A stretch of DNA of 32,000 nucleotides from Caldivirga maquilingensis IC-167 (GCF_000018305.1 NC_009954.1:240001-272000); one strand, 5' to 3'. Positions 9,539 to 17,913 are shown, numbered from the stretch's first letter. The notes: a model not told the origin generated them from the sequence alone. Translations and numbers: made by a program.

Positions 9539-9775
9539 TTAATGCTTTCTAATCACCATTGCTGTTAACGTTCTTTCAACACCATCAATTGAATGAATCA
9601 TTTTTATTAAGCTCTCTAAGTCATCAACCCTATCAACCTCCGCTAAGGCTATTATATCATATGGCCCAGTAACAGAGTAAGCCACCTTAATCCAATTAAT
9701 TGATTTTATCTTCTCTGACACCTCAAATACCTTCCCAACCCTGGTCTGTATTAGGAGGAAAACCTCAAACGCCAT
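9539..9775 (-). CDS. Stand-alone RAM-domain protein (demi-Lrp/AsnC, ligand-binding domain only)
   Basis: MAFEVFLLIQTRVGK...VAYSVTGPYDIIALAEV.D...L..MI.SIDGVERT.T is the Lrp/AsnC effector (RAM) domain without an HTH. The ATG at 9775 has an ATATTTATAAATT box about 27 nt upstream. The ORF track extends to the GTG at 9793. Confidence 0.7.
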   Translation of the reverse strand: MAFEVFLLIQTRVGKVFEVSEKIKSINWIKVAYSVTGPYDIIALAEVDRVDDLESLIKMIHSIDGVERTLTAMVIRKH

Positions 9776-9898
9776 AGTTAACCTTACGTTCACTAATTTA
9801 TAAATATTAGCGTTAAATTAGTATTAATAATATGTTTAATAAACATTGTTTCACATATTTAATTCGCCTTTAATGTAAAACCCTCATTATGCAATGAT

Positions 9899-10165
9899 TC
9901 AACTACGCCTAATTACTCCAATATCCCTAATATATTGTATAGCCTGTAACCCAGTTAACACTATGTTACCGGTTATCAATATGGGTGTGGGTAATTCATC
10001 ACCGTAAGCCTTAATTAACTTAACGTTAGTAATGCCCTTACCTAACAATTCCTTTACCAGGTTCATTGTTGACTCATCATATATCAATGTAATTGCTTCC
10101 ATACCATTAATTCTAATTGAGCGATTTTTAGGTAGCGGATAATATAAGTGGTTATCCCCTTCCAC
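9899..10165 (-). CDS. Hypothetical protein with a glutaredoxin-like fold pattern but no cysteine
   Basis: From the internal ATG (10102) the sequence MEAITLIYDESTMNLVKELLGKGI...LPTPILITGNIVLTGLQAIQYI follows the Grx beta-alpha-beta / cis-Pro / GG-helix layout, with STMN where CxxC would sit. The start is uncertain (GTG 10165 or ATG 10102). Confidence 0.4.
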   Translation of the reverse strand: MEGDNHLYYPLPKNRSIRINGMEAITLIYDESTMNLVKELLGKGITNVKLIKAYGDELPTPILITGNIVLTGLQAIQYIRDIGVIRRS

Positions 10166-10253
10166 ACTACCCTATTAGGGAACTTTAATTTAAACCCCAT
10201 TATACACCACTTAAAGTTTAAGTCTTAATACTGAGATTAACAGCGAAGTATTG

Positions 10254-10261
10254 TTTATAAA
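10254..10261 (+). promoter_or_regulatory. TATA box (TTTATAAA) upstream of sod
   Basis: Centred about 25 nt upstream of the ATG at 10282, implying a leaderless mRNA. Confidence 0.55.
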
Positions 10262-10281
10262 GGCCTAGGCATCAAGCCAGT

Positions 10282-10908
10282 ATGGCTGCGCAAACCCTAT
10301 TCAAGAGGTATGAACTACCACCTCTACCATATAATGTGAATGCGCTTGAACCATACATAAGTGGTCAGGTAATCGACGTACACTATAATGGGCATCATAA
10401 GGGGTACGTTAATGGAGCCAATGCAGCCATTGATAGATTAGAGAAGATAATTAAGAACGAGGTAACCAGTTACGATATACAGGGGTTATTAAGGAACCTG
10501 TTCTTCAATATAAATGGGCATAAGCTTCACACGCTTTACTGGAACAGCATGGCACCAGCGGGTAAGGGTGGTGGAACACCTGGTGGCTACCTTGGTGACT
10601 TAGTAATTAAGCAGTTTGGCAGTTACGATAAGTTTAGGAACCTCTTTAATGAAGTAATGAGGTCATTACCAGGTAGCGGATGGGCGGTACTCTACTACGA
10701 TACTGAGACAGGTAACTTAGTCTTCACAACCTTTGAGAACCACTATAATCAGCACATAGCTGAATTACCTGTAATCCTAATAATAGATGAGTTTGAGCAC
10801 GCATACTACCTGCAGTATAAGAATAATAGGAACGCTTACCTTGATGCAATATGGAACGTCCTCAATTGGGGAGAAGCTGAGAATAGGCTTAGGAAGTACA
10901 TTAAGTAA
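10282..10908 (+). CDS. sod: Fe/Mn superoxide dismutase
   Basis: [32 protein letters not shown] plus the C-terminal [13 protein letters not shown] metal-ligand motif. Confidence 0.95.
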   Translation: MAAQTLFKRYELPPLPYNVNALEPYISGQVIDVHYNGHHKGYVNGANAAIDRLEKIIKNEVTSYDIQGLLRNLFFNINGHKLHTLYWNSMAPAGKGGGTPGGYLGDLVIKQFGSYDKFRNLFNEVMRSLPGSGWAVLYYDTETGNLVFTTFENHYNQHIAELPVILIIDEFEHAYYLQYKNNRNAYLDAIWNVLNWGEAENRLRKYIK

Positions 10909-10917
10909 ATTCAGCAG

Positions 10918-11175
10918 TCAGTCTTTAAACAGCTTCCTACTCCTTTTATTGACTCTACCTTTACCTGAAGCCTTCATTATCATGCTTGCCCCAATTAGGT
11001 AGAAGCCCAGTATGAATAGGAGTAGGGTTGACGTATACATGATTGCCATTAGACGCTTGAAGAAGGGGAAAACAATAAACAGTAGCAGTGGTGCAAGTAT
11101 TATTAAGGAGCTTACTGATAATACGTGGTTAAGGTACTTCCTCACATCACCGGGTTTACTTAAACGATGCTTCAC
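10918..11175 (-). CDS. Small hypothetical membrane protein (two predicted TM helices)
   Basis: An 85-aa ORF with two hydrophobic stretches and a basic tail, and no recognisable family. A palindrome CGTTAATTAACG sits at its 5' end. Confidence 0.4.
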   Translation of the reverse strand: MKHRLSKPGDVRKYLNHVLSVSSLIILAPLLLFIVFPFFKRLMAIMYTSTLLLFILGFYLIGASMIMKASGKGRVNKRSRKLFKD

Positions 11176-11275
11176 GTTAATTAACGTTGAGTCGGCTTAA
11201 TAAAGGTTAGCTTTATTTTCAGTAATCTTGAAATTAAAATATGCTTTTAAGTCTTTTAATAAGGGGATTACTTGA

Positions 11276-11767
11276 CTACTCCTTAATTACCTCCAGTGAT
11301 ATGAATGTTCTAGTGTCCTCAATACCCTCCATTTGGCTCATTATTCGGAGCAGATCATTAATATGTATCTCCCTGGCTATTATTATTAAGTCATAGTCAC
11401 CGGAAACCCTGTAGGCCTTCTCTATGGGCATTTCCTTAAGCTTCTCGTAAACCTGCTGCCTATACTTAGGTGCAACCTTAGCCATAACTATAGCCTCTGC
11501 ACCACTCATCCTGAGAACCCTCAGCGCCTTCTCAGTGACGTCAACGAACTCTCTCCCAGTCCTTATTAATCCAAAGTCCTTAAGCTTCTTCAAGTGCACT
11601 GATAGGGCCTGCCTAGTCATGCCTAGTTCCCTAGCTATCTGGTCTTGATCCGCGTAAACAGTGTACACTCTCAGTGGTTGAGCCTTCTTCAGTAGGAACT
11701 GCAGTATTTGAAGCTGCCTTTCCGTTAGTTCTCTCCCAATAGGCTCAGACTCAACCTGGCTCTCCAT
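11276..11767 (-). CDS. Lrp/AsnC-type transcriptional regulator (winged HTH + RAM domain)
   Basis: The N-terminal LTERQLQILQFLL...QDQIARELGMTRQALSVHLKKLKDFGLI is a winged HTH. The C-terminal YRVSGDYDLIIIAR...MEGIEDTRTFISL is RAM-like. Confidence 0.75.
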   Translation of the reverse strand: MESQVESEPIGRELTERQLQILQFLLKKAQPLRVYTVYADQDQIARELGMTRQALSVHLKKLKDFGLIRTGREFVDVTEKALRVLRMSGAEAIVMAKVAPKYRQQVYEKLKEMPIEKAYRVSGDYDLIIIAREIHINDLLRIMSQMEGIEDTRTFISLEVIKE

Positions 11768-11905
11768 ATTTATCGAGAAACTAAAAACAGTACCGGTATA
11801 TATACTTATTGGTTTATCTACACTATATGCTAAAGGAATAAGATATTGTCTTTAAAAATGGACTCAAACTAAGAATACTCTACCTTATTCTATTTAAATC
11901 TTTCT

Positions 11906-12925
11906 CTAAATCTCAACATGAATCCTCCTACCTGCAGCGTAGTGAATCAATATATCAATAAAGGCAGCATACAGGAGTACTAATGATACGTAAATCACCC
12001 AGGAACCAGTATATGGGTAAATTAACCTAAGTAACGCAGCCCCCTCAATCAGTACTGGTATTTCGAAACCATACCCCCTGGGCCATAGCCAGAGGTAACC
12101 GGGTATAAGCATGGGGATGCATAGTGAAGACATCATTACTGCAATATAACCTATCAACACCATGTGCAGTGCATCAAGAGGCGTAGCATAGATTGAGACA
12201 GCCAATGACACAGCTAAACCAAACCTACCCAACACAGCCCCCACTGGGTATGCCACGGAGAGACCGGTTCGCTTAGGTAATGATGACGGGATCCCAAGCG
12301 TCATTAACCCAAAGAGTGCAAGTAAAGCAACTGAGTAGGAGTGGTTTATGAAGTACATTAGAATAGGCATTGTGAAAAAACCCAAGTCAAGGTAACTTGG
12401 CCTACGCCTATCCTCCACCCTCCTCATTAAACTGGTTAGTGAGGAGAGGGGGAAGCCTAATAGGGATAAGGGATTATTAGTCAATATTACTGTTAAAGCT
12501 GATAATAGACCAATCACAGTGAATGCATTTGGGTAAAACAAAGGTATTTTACCAAGCCCCCTCTCAACGAAGACTAATACGTATAGTAAAACCCAGGCAA
12601 TTAATAGTATCCTCCAAGCCCACTGATTAAGAATGTACGCTAAGGACCAGGATACAGCTAAGATCCCTATGACTAATGAAACTAGGCGTGAAGGCATGAA
12701 CCTAGTGAACCCAGTGTGTTGACTATACATTACGCTTAGGTAGAATAAAACCAAGCCACTAATCATTATCCTACCATGAATCCCAGTGTAATTCACAGAT
12801 AATACTGGCCCAGTGACTAGGAGAATTAATGATACTATTAATACTGCCTGAGATACCCTAACCTGGTACTTAAACAACCTACCGTATGAGGCTGGCGTCA
12901 GCTTCTCAGTGGCATGGCCTAGCAT
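11906..12925 (-). CDS. Polytopic membrane protein of unknown function
   Basis: 339 aa with about 9-10 hydrophobic segments and no motif I recognise. A TATA-like TTCTTAATAAAG lies about 25 nt upstream. Confidence 0.6.
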   Translation of the reverse strand: MLGHATEKLTPASYGRLFKYQVRVSQAVLIVSLILLVTGPVLSVNYTGIHGRIMISGLVLFYLSVMYSQHTGFTRFMPSRLVSLVIGILAVSWSLAYILNQWAWRILLIAWVLLYVLVFVERGLGKIPLFYPNAFTVIGLLSALTVILTNNPLSLLGFPLSSLTSLMRRVEDRRRPSYLDLGFFTMPILMYFINHSYSVALLALFGLMTLGIPSSLPKRTGLSVAYPVGAVLGRFGLAVSLAVSIYATPLDALHMVLIGYIAVMMSSLCIPMLIPGYLWLWPRGYGFEIPVLIEGAALLRLIYPYTGSWVIYVSLVLLYAAFIDILIHYAAGRRIHVEI

Positions 12926-13110
12926 TGATTCATCCTTAGGTTAAACTTTATTAAGAATTACTTAAGTTGCCCCCAGTGATGAACACTCCTGATTATGAAG
13001 CGGTGAATAAGCCATGCCCCAGACTGATGAGTAATGCCTTATTTATCACCACATGATTCTTCATACCACCGGCTTTTTAAGGAGCAATAAGTATTAGTTA
13101 TTTTTAAGCA

Positions 13111-14898
13111 TCATTTACTGAACTTAGCCATGAGTCCCCTTATATCATCAATTAGCTTCCTCTCGTAATCAGCCAGGACCTTATAGTCACTGCTCTTAAC
13201 CTCCATCTTAAGCCTAATAAGCCTCCTCACTGAGTCCAGTTCCCTAATTGCATTAGCCGGTACACCAGCGTTAATGGCCTCTGAGCCAACCCTATAGTAG
13301 GTTATCATTAATCTAAGTAGCCAATACTGCTTCTCCGGCGCTGATGGCGTATCCACTGGGTTGAATGCATCCTGTTTAAGGAAGCCTTCACGTATCATTG
13401 ATGCAACGTTAAGGATATGCTTCTCCTGTTCACTTAAGGCCTCGCTTCCAAGTATCCTAACAATTTCAGATAACTCAGCCTCCCTAGTCAATACCTCTAT
13501 GGCTATTCTCCTTAACTCAACCCAATCCTCACCAACAGTCTTACTGTACCAGGAGGCTACTGAGTCCACGTATCTGCTGAAGCCTTGAAGCCAATTAATG
13601 GCTGGGTAATGCCTAGAGTAGGCTAATCTAGCATCAAGGGGCCAGAAGGCTCCAATGAACCTTAACGTATGGCTAGTCACCGGCTCAGTGAAGTCACCAC
13701 CAGGTGGGCTTACTGAGGCTGCTATGGTTAATGAACCTAAACCACCGTTAAGTAACTTAACCTTACCAGCCCTCTCATAGAATTCAGCAAGCCTAGTGGG
13801 TAAGTAGGCTGGGAACCCCTCCTCACTGGGCATTTCACCAATCCTCAACGCCACCTCACGCATAGCCTCAGCCCAACGGCTTGTGGAATCAGCCATCAAT
13901 AATACGTCGTAGCCCTGATCCCTGAAGTACTCAGCTATTGTTGCACCCATGTATATACTTGCCTCCCTGGCTGCAACAGGCATATTGGATGTATTAACTA
14001 TTATCGTCTCCCTCTCAAGCAACGGCCGCCCAGTGGCTGGGTCAGATAATTTAAGTAATCCCTGCAATGCATCAGCAGCCTCATTACCCCTCTCACCACA
14101 TAGTACTGGGACACTGTACTGGGTCATTGCGTAAAGCATCAATGACCTAATGGTCACCGTCTTACCTGAGCCAAATGGACCTGGTATTGAGGCTGCCCCA
14201 CCCTTAGCTATTGGGAAAACAGTATCAATTACCCTTATTCCAGTTATTAAGGGGTCACTTGGAGGCAGCTTCTCCTGGAATGGCCTTGGTCTCCTAACGG
14301 GCCACTTATGCCACATCTTAACCTTAATTAAGCCATCACTGGTCTCTACCTCCGCGATATCATCATTAAGCGTGTAGTCACCCTCAGGGGCAATGTACTT
14401 TATGATGCCGGGCTTATATAATGGGGGATAAAGTATCCTATGCTCTATTAATTGGGTCTCAGGTACAATACCAAGTACCGTGCCGACGTTAACCTTATCA
14501 CCAATCTTAACCTTAGGTATCCACCTCCACTTCCTACTGAAGTCTAATGGTGGGGCTCTATCATAATTAATACCCCTGGCTATGAATGGGCGCCCAGTTT
14601 GATCAAAAATAATCTTCAATGGCCTCTGTACACCATCATAAACCTGACCAATTATCCCAGGTCCAAGCCAGGCACTAAGCATTTCACCAGTCCTAACCAC
14701 TGGTTCACCTGGCCTTATTCCAGTGGTATCCTCGTAAACCTGTATGAAAGCATTCTCACCCTGAACCCTAACTACTTCACCAAATAACCCTAATTCACCC
14801 ACGAACACTAACTCATATAGTTTAGCCCCAGGTAACTCAGCCTTTATTACTGGGCCATTAACCACAAGTATCCTACCGGTGCCTTGACTACTCATCAT
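13111..14898 (-). CDS. atpA: A/V-type ATP synthase catalytic subunit A
   Basis: 595 aa with Walker A GPFGSGKT, the Walker B region DVLLMADSTSRWAEA, and the non-homologous insert typical of A subunits. The length argues against an intein. Confidence 0.97.
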   Translation of the reverse strand: MMSSQGTGRILVVNGPVIKAELPGAKLYELVFVGELGLFGEVVRVQGENAFIQVYEDTTGIRPGEPVVRTGEMLSAWLGPGIIGQVYDGVQRPLKIIFDQTGRPFIARGINYDRAPPLDFSRKWRWIPKVKIGDKVNVGTVLGIVPETQLIEHRILYPPLYKPGIIKYIAPEGDYTLNDDIAEVETSDGLIKVKMWHKWPVRRPRPFQEKLPPSDPLITGIRVIDTVFPIAKGGAASIPGPFGSGKTVTIRSLMLYAMTQYSVPVLCGERGNEAADALQGLLKLSDPATGRPLLERETIIVNTSNMPVAAREASIYMGATIAEYFRDQGYDVLLMADSTSRWAEAMREVALRIGEMPSEEGFPAYLPTRLAEFYERAGKVKLLNGGLGSLTIAASVSPPGGDFTEPVTSHTLRFIGAFWPLDARLAYSRHYPAINWLQGFSRYVDSVASWYSKTVGEDWVELRRIAIEVLTREAELSEIVRILGSEALSEQEKHILNVASMIREGFLKQDAFNPVDTPSAPEKQYWLLRLMITYYRVGSEAINAGVPANAIRELDSVRRLIRLKMEVKSSDYKVLADYERKLIDDIRGLMAKFSK

Positions 14899-15533
14899 TG
14901 CTTAACCACCTCATCAGCAACCTCCTTAATTATACTCCTTATATAGTCTATCATGCGGTTTAACACGTCATCGATCGTTGCCTCATATGTCACTGAACCA
15001 TCCTTAGTGGAGGCTATTAAACCCAACATATCCTCGCTTCCATCCTTAAACTCCACGCTAATCCCCATCTTTGCGGCCAGTGATGAAATAATAGGCTTAT
15101 CCCTTGGTGAACACGTTATCGTTAATTCCTTAGACTGTGTAATCTCAATTGCTTGATTAAGGAGAACCATCATTAACTTACCATATGCCTCACTACCCCT
15201 TTCGGCGTTAATACGCTTCTTAATACTGTTAATGACATCGCTTGCTAATTCATCGATTAACGCCAGGTACTCTGCCTTAATGCTCATTGATGCATCATAC
15301 AGCTTATACTCCCTATTCAACATTGCCTGCCTATCCGCCTCCTCAAGTTCACTACTGTGTCTTTTAATCTCATCTTCAACAGTACTCATTAACTCAGCCT
15401 CATACTTTAGGCTAAGATTACTAATCCACTCCTCTGAATCAGCCTTAACCTTATCCATTACACTATTTATTAATCTAACCAACTGCTCAGACATACTTAA
15501 CAGTGGTAAGGGGAGTGCTAGGTTTTTAAGCAT
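14895..15533 (-). CDS. atpE: A/V-type ATP synthase subunit E (peripheral stalk)
   Basis: 212 aa with a long N-terminal charged helix followed by a globular C-terminal domain (...GLIASTKDGSVTYEATIDDVLNR...), as in E subunits. Its stop overlaps the atpA start by ATGA. An alternative start is the ATG at 15494. Confidence 0.7.
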   Translation of the reverse strand: MLKNLALPLPLLSMSEQLVRLINSVMDKVKADSEEWISNLSLKYEAELMSTVEDEIKRHSSELEEADRQAMLNREYKLYDASMSIKAEYLALIDELASDVINSIKKRINAERGSEAYGKLMMVLLNQAIEITQSKELTITCSPRDKPIISSLAAKMGISVEFKDGSEDMLGLIASTKDGSVTYEATIDDVLNRMIDYIRSIIKEVADEVVKQ

Positions 15534-15717
15534 ATGCTAGTGCAACTATGGTCATGATCATTAGATTTTTGTAAATTAACCCCCATCTTCATAATGCATT
15601 AAGCACTAGTAATATGAACGCTAACTATCTTAACATTGAGTACATGGTTTCGTTTATTATTCACAATGCATGAATCATTAAATGAGTTAAGACTACGCCG
15701 AGTAACCAGTATGGGGC

Positions 15718-16014
15718 TTAAATACCTAACACTGATCTAAGTATTGCCATGTAGTTAACCTCCTTACTCTCACCACTGCTCAAGGCAGGTACCTCAAGTA
15801 TTAGTGGTTTCCTAACCCTTGTCCTTAGGTTAATGAACTCTTGACCAGCCTCACCACTTACATTACTTGTAACAAGTATTGCGGCGACATCATCCATACT
15901 CATGAACTCCTTAATCCTAGGTACAAGTGACTTAGGGTCCACTACATAGCCTTCGAATCCAATTAACCTAAACGCATTAACTGTATCCTCATCACCAAGC
16001 ACTATAACCCTCAT
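15718..16014 (-). CDS. atpF: A/V-type ATP synthase subunit F
   Basis: MRVIVLGDEDTVNAFRLIGFEG... is the canonical F-subunit N-terminus. The ORF track extends to 16068, but that extension overlaps the upstream gene. Confidence 0.8.
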   Translation of the reverse strand: MRVIVLGDEDTVNAFRLIGFEGYVVDPKSLVPRIKEFMSMDDVAAILVTSNVSGEAGQEFINLRTRVRKPLILEVPALSSGESKEVNYMAILRSVLGI

Positions 16015-16060
16015 AATCCAGATACACTTAAATCCCCTATTAATGCTTAATCCCATGAAA

Positions 16061-16549
16061 CTACACAATGCTTATTGATATGTAGTAGACCATTAATGTT
16101 AACACTATGGTTAATGCAGCCAATGGTAGATACCTTGAATCAACAAGCCTAGATAATGCATACATGAATATTAAGGGAGGCGGCAGGTAAAGTAACACTA
16201 TAAGTGGCCCAGTCAACGTAGTGAAGGCGTACTTAATTGCCAGTGAAGTTAAGGAGCCAGCTAATGATGCTGAAACCCAGTAGACTGTATCCAGTATTGA
16301 ACCTAAGATTAGGCTCTTATGTAATGCTGAACCTATTAAGTAACCCCTCCTAACTAGTAGCCTCCTTTCAATATTCCTTAAATACGATATGTTCATGACA
16401 TAGCTTGACAATAAACCAGTCACTGCATTAGTTACAGCTGTTACCGTTAGTAGGATTATTAAATCCCCCTTGGTTAAGTCCTCAAGAATCATTGCAGTAT
16501 AGTAACCATCCAATACCCCGAGAACCATATATACGTTAAGCCTCATCAC
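16061..16549 (-). CDS. Small integral membrane protein, possibly VIT1/CCC1-related (archaeal TIGR00267-like)
   Basis: 162 aa with GVLDGYYTAMIL near the N-terminus and about 4-5 TM segments. The family assignment is from memory of the layout only. It starts 3 nt after the DUF211 gene stop. Confidence 0.5.
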   Translation of the reverse strand: MMRLNVYMVLGVLDGYYTAMILEDLTKGDLIILLTVTAVTNAVTGLLSSYVMNISYLRNIERRLLVRRGYLIGSALHKSLILGSILDTVYWVSASLAGSLTSLAIKYAFTTLTGPLIVLLYLPPPLIFMYALSRLVDSRYLPLAALTIVLTLMVYYISISIV

Positions 16550-16552
16550 TCA

Positions 16553-16831
16553 CTAACCCTTTAGAATATATTCCCCCACTGAAACCTCATCAATACTCCT
16601 TATGACTGCACCATTAACTTCAATTACCTTCTTAACATCATTAAAATCCAATGAACCCTCCATAATCACTTTAAGGCCAAGAACACCCACGTCAGTTTCC
16701 TCAACCTTAATGTAGACTGCATCAACCCCGGTTATCCTACCCAACTCACTTGCTAACTTAATTATCTCGAGTTCACTGGGTGCATCCACATCAAGCACAA
16801 TTCTCCTTAATAATGATCCCTTATCCCCCAT
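16553..16831 (-). CDS. DUF211 (COG1888) family protein
   Basis: 92 aa. LRRIVLDVDAPSELEIIKLASELGRITGVDAVYIKVEETDVGVLGLKVIMEGSLDFNDVKKVIEVNGAVIRSIDEV matches the archaeal DUF211 pattern. Confidence 0.7.
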   Translation of the reverse strand: MGDKGSLLRRIVLDVDAPSELEIIKLASELGRITGVDAVYIKVEETDVGVLGLKVIMEGSLDFNDVKKVIEVNGAVIRSIDEVSVGEYILKG

Positions 16832-16929
16832 AGTAAATACTCATTAAATTCAGTAGCTTGGTTAATAAACTTTAACTAAAGCCACTACGTGTTGACTAAC
16901 ACTAGAGTTGGCTAATGGTTCCCTTAAGA

Positions 16930-17913
16930 TCAAAGGGGTGACTTAGTCCTCTCCTTCATGCTTTCAATTAACCAAATCCCCCTCCTCTCAGACTCCTCCA
17001 TAGCACCAGGCATTGCCCTTAAACAATAAACTACCTTAACTACCTTGCCTGGGAATTTACCTGGAAACATACTAATCGCCTTACTTATCTTTTCATCTAT
17101 TCTAGCGATTAACCTAGGTCCAACCCTAGTCTTAGCTTCACCAATAATAGTTACTTGATTATTAGTCCCATAAACATCGAACTCAAACCTAGAGTTAAAG
17201 ATAATCCTATCAGTACTTAGTTCAATACCCTTACCCTTAAGTAAATGCATTACTACATCATTAGCCTCCTCCTCAATGGATGATGTTAAATTATCTAGGG
17301 TCCTCTTAATATCATTAATATCTTTCCTCATTCTTCTTATTTCCTGCCATATTTTATTATTCTCCTCCCAAAGCTTATTCTGTCCCTCCCTTAAAGCCTT
17401 AACTTCCTCCCAAAGCTTATTTTGTCCTTCATGTAATGCCTTTAATTCCTCCTCATGCCTTTGTTCCACTTCTCTTAACGCCTTTATTTCTTGCCATATT
17501 TTATTATTCTCCTCTTTTATTGCTTTGATCTCTTCCCATATTTTATTATTCTCTTCCCTTAATGCCTTTAATTCCTCCTCATGCCTCTGCTCCACCTCCC
17601 TCAAAGCCTTAACCTCCTCCCATAGTTTATTCTGTCCTTCTCTTAATGCTTTAACCTCCTCCCAGAGCCTATTCTCACCCTCCCTCAATGCCTTCAACTC
17701 CTCCAGTACCTTATCCTGCTTACTTAATGAGTCCTTAAGTATATTAAGCATTGAGTTAGTGACATTAACAACACCACCAACAATCTCAGTAAGCCTATCA
17801 ATAGAAGCCTTAACATCACTAATACCAAGCTTAGCAGCAACAGCAAGCCTAAACTCCTCATCCTCATCCAAAGCCCTCAAAAACCTCCTCACCTCCTCAG
17901 GACTAAGACCCAT
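16930..17913 (-). CDS. Coiled-coil repeat protein with C-terminal PD-(D/E)XK nuclease-like domain (DUF3782-like)
   Basis: It has an N-terminal LSPEEVRRFLRALDEDEEFRLAVAAKLGI helix, then about 9.5 copies of a 14-aa heptad-type unit (EEVKALREGQNKLW), then a C-terminal FEFDVYG...VTIIGEAK (D...ExK). The ATG at 17913 has a TATA-like GGTTTATTAG about 28 nt upstream. The ORF track starts at the TTG at 17922. Confidence 0.7.
   Translation of the reverse strand: MGLSPEEVRRFLRALDEDEEFRLAVAAKLGISDVKASIDRLTEIVGGVVNVTNSMLNILKDSLSKQDKVLEELKALREGENRLWEEVKALREGQNKLWEEVKALREVEQRHEEELKALREENNKIWEEIKAIKEENNKIWQEIKALREVEQRHEEELKALHEGQNKLWEEVKALREGQNKLWEENNKIWQEIRRMRKDINDIKRTLDNLTSSIEEEANDVVMHLLKGKGIELSTDRIIFNSRFEFDVYGTNNQVTIIGEAKTRVGPRLIARIDEKISKAISMFPGKFPGKVVKVVYCLRAMPGAMEESERRGIWLIESMKERTKSPL
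17305..17703 (-). repeat. In-frame tandem repeat array, 42-bp period with a 126-bp higher-order duplication
   Basis: CCATATTTTATTATTCTC recurs at 17347, 17494 and 17536, at spacings of 147 and 42 bp. The 27-mer TAATGCCTTTAATTCCTCCTCATGCCT recurs at 17434 and 17560, a spacing of 126 bp. Confidence 0.85.

Noticed and set aside
10787-11200. Plus-strand ORFs 10787-11002 and 11012-11200
   Set aside because: The first is an alternative frame overlapping the sod 3' end. The second is antisense to the 85-aa membrane ORF. Neither has a promoter-like element or a recognisable motif.
11906-12925. Idea that the 339-aa membrane protein is an archaeosortase processing the Thr-rich/TM/RRR tail of the binding protein
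   Set aside because: Its single Cys sits in SSLCIPM, not in the conserved CSG-type context of exosortase/archaeosortase active sites. I cannot identify the Arg/His partners. This is pure speculation.
12971-13035. Possible C/D-box sRNA (GTGATGA at 12976-12982, CTGA at 12988 and 13024, with a repeated CCCCAG...TGATGA)
   Set aside because: The C box to first CTGA spacing is only 5 nt, too short for a guide. There is no credible C' box and no terminal stem complementary to the 5' flank. The minus strand has no CTGA at all.
13111-14898. Intein in atpA (known in some archaeal A subunits)
   Set aside because: At 595 aa with an uninterrupted GPFGSGKT...DSTSRWAEA core, the length and colinearity are those of an intein-free subunit.
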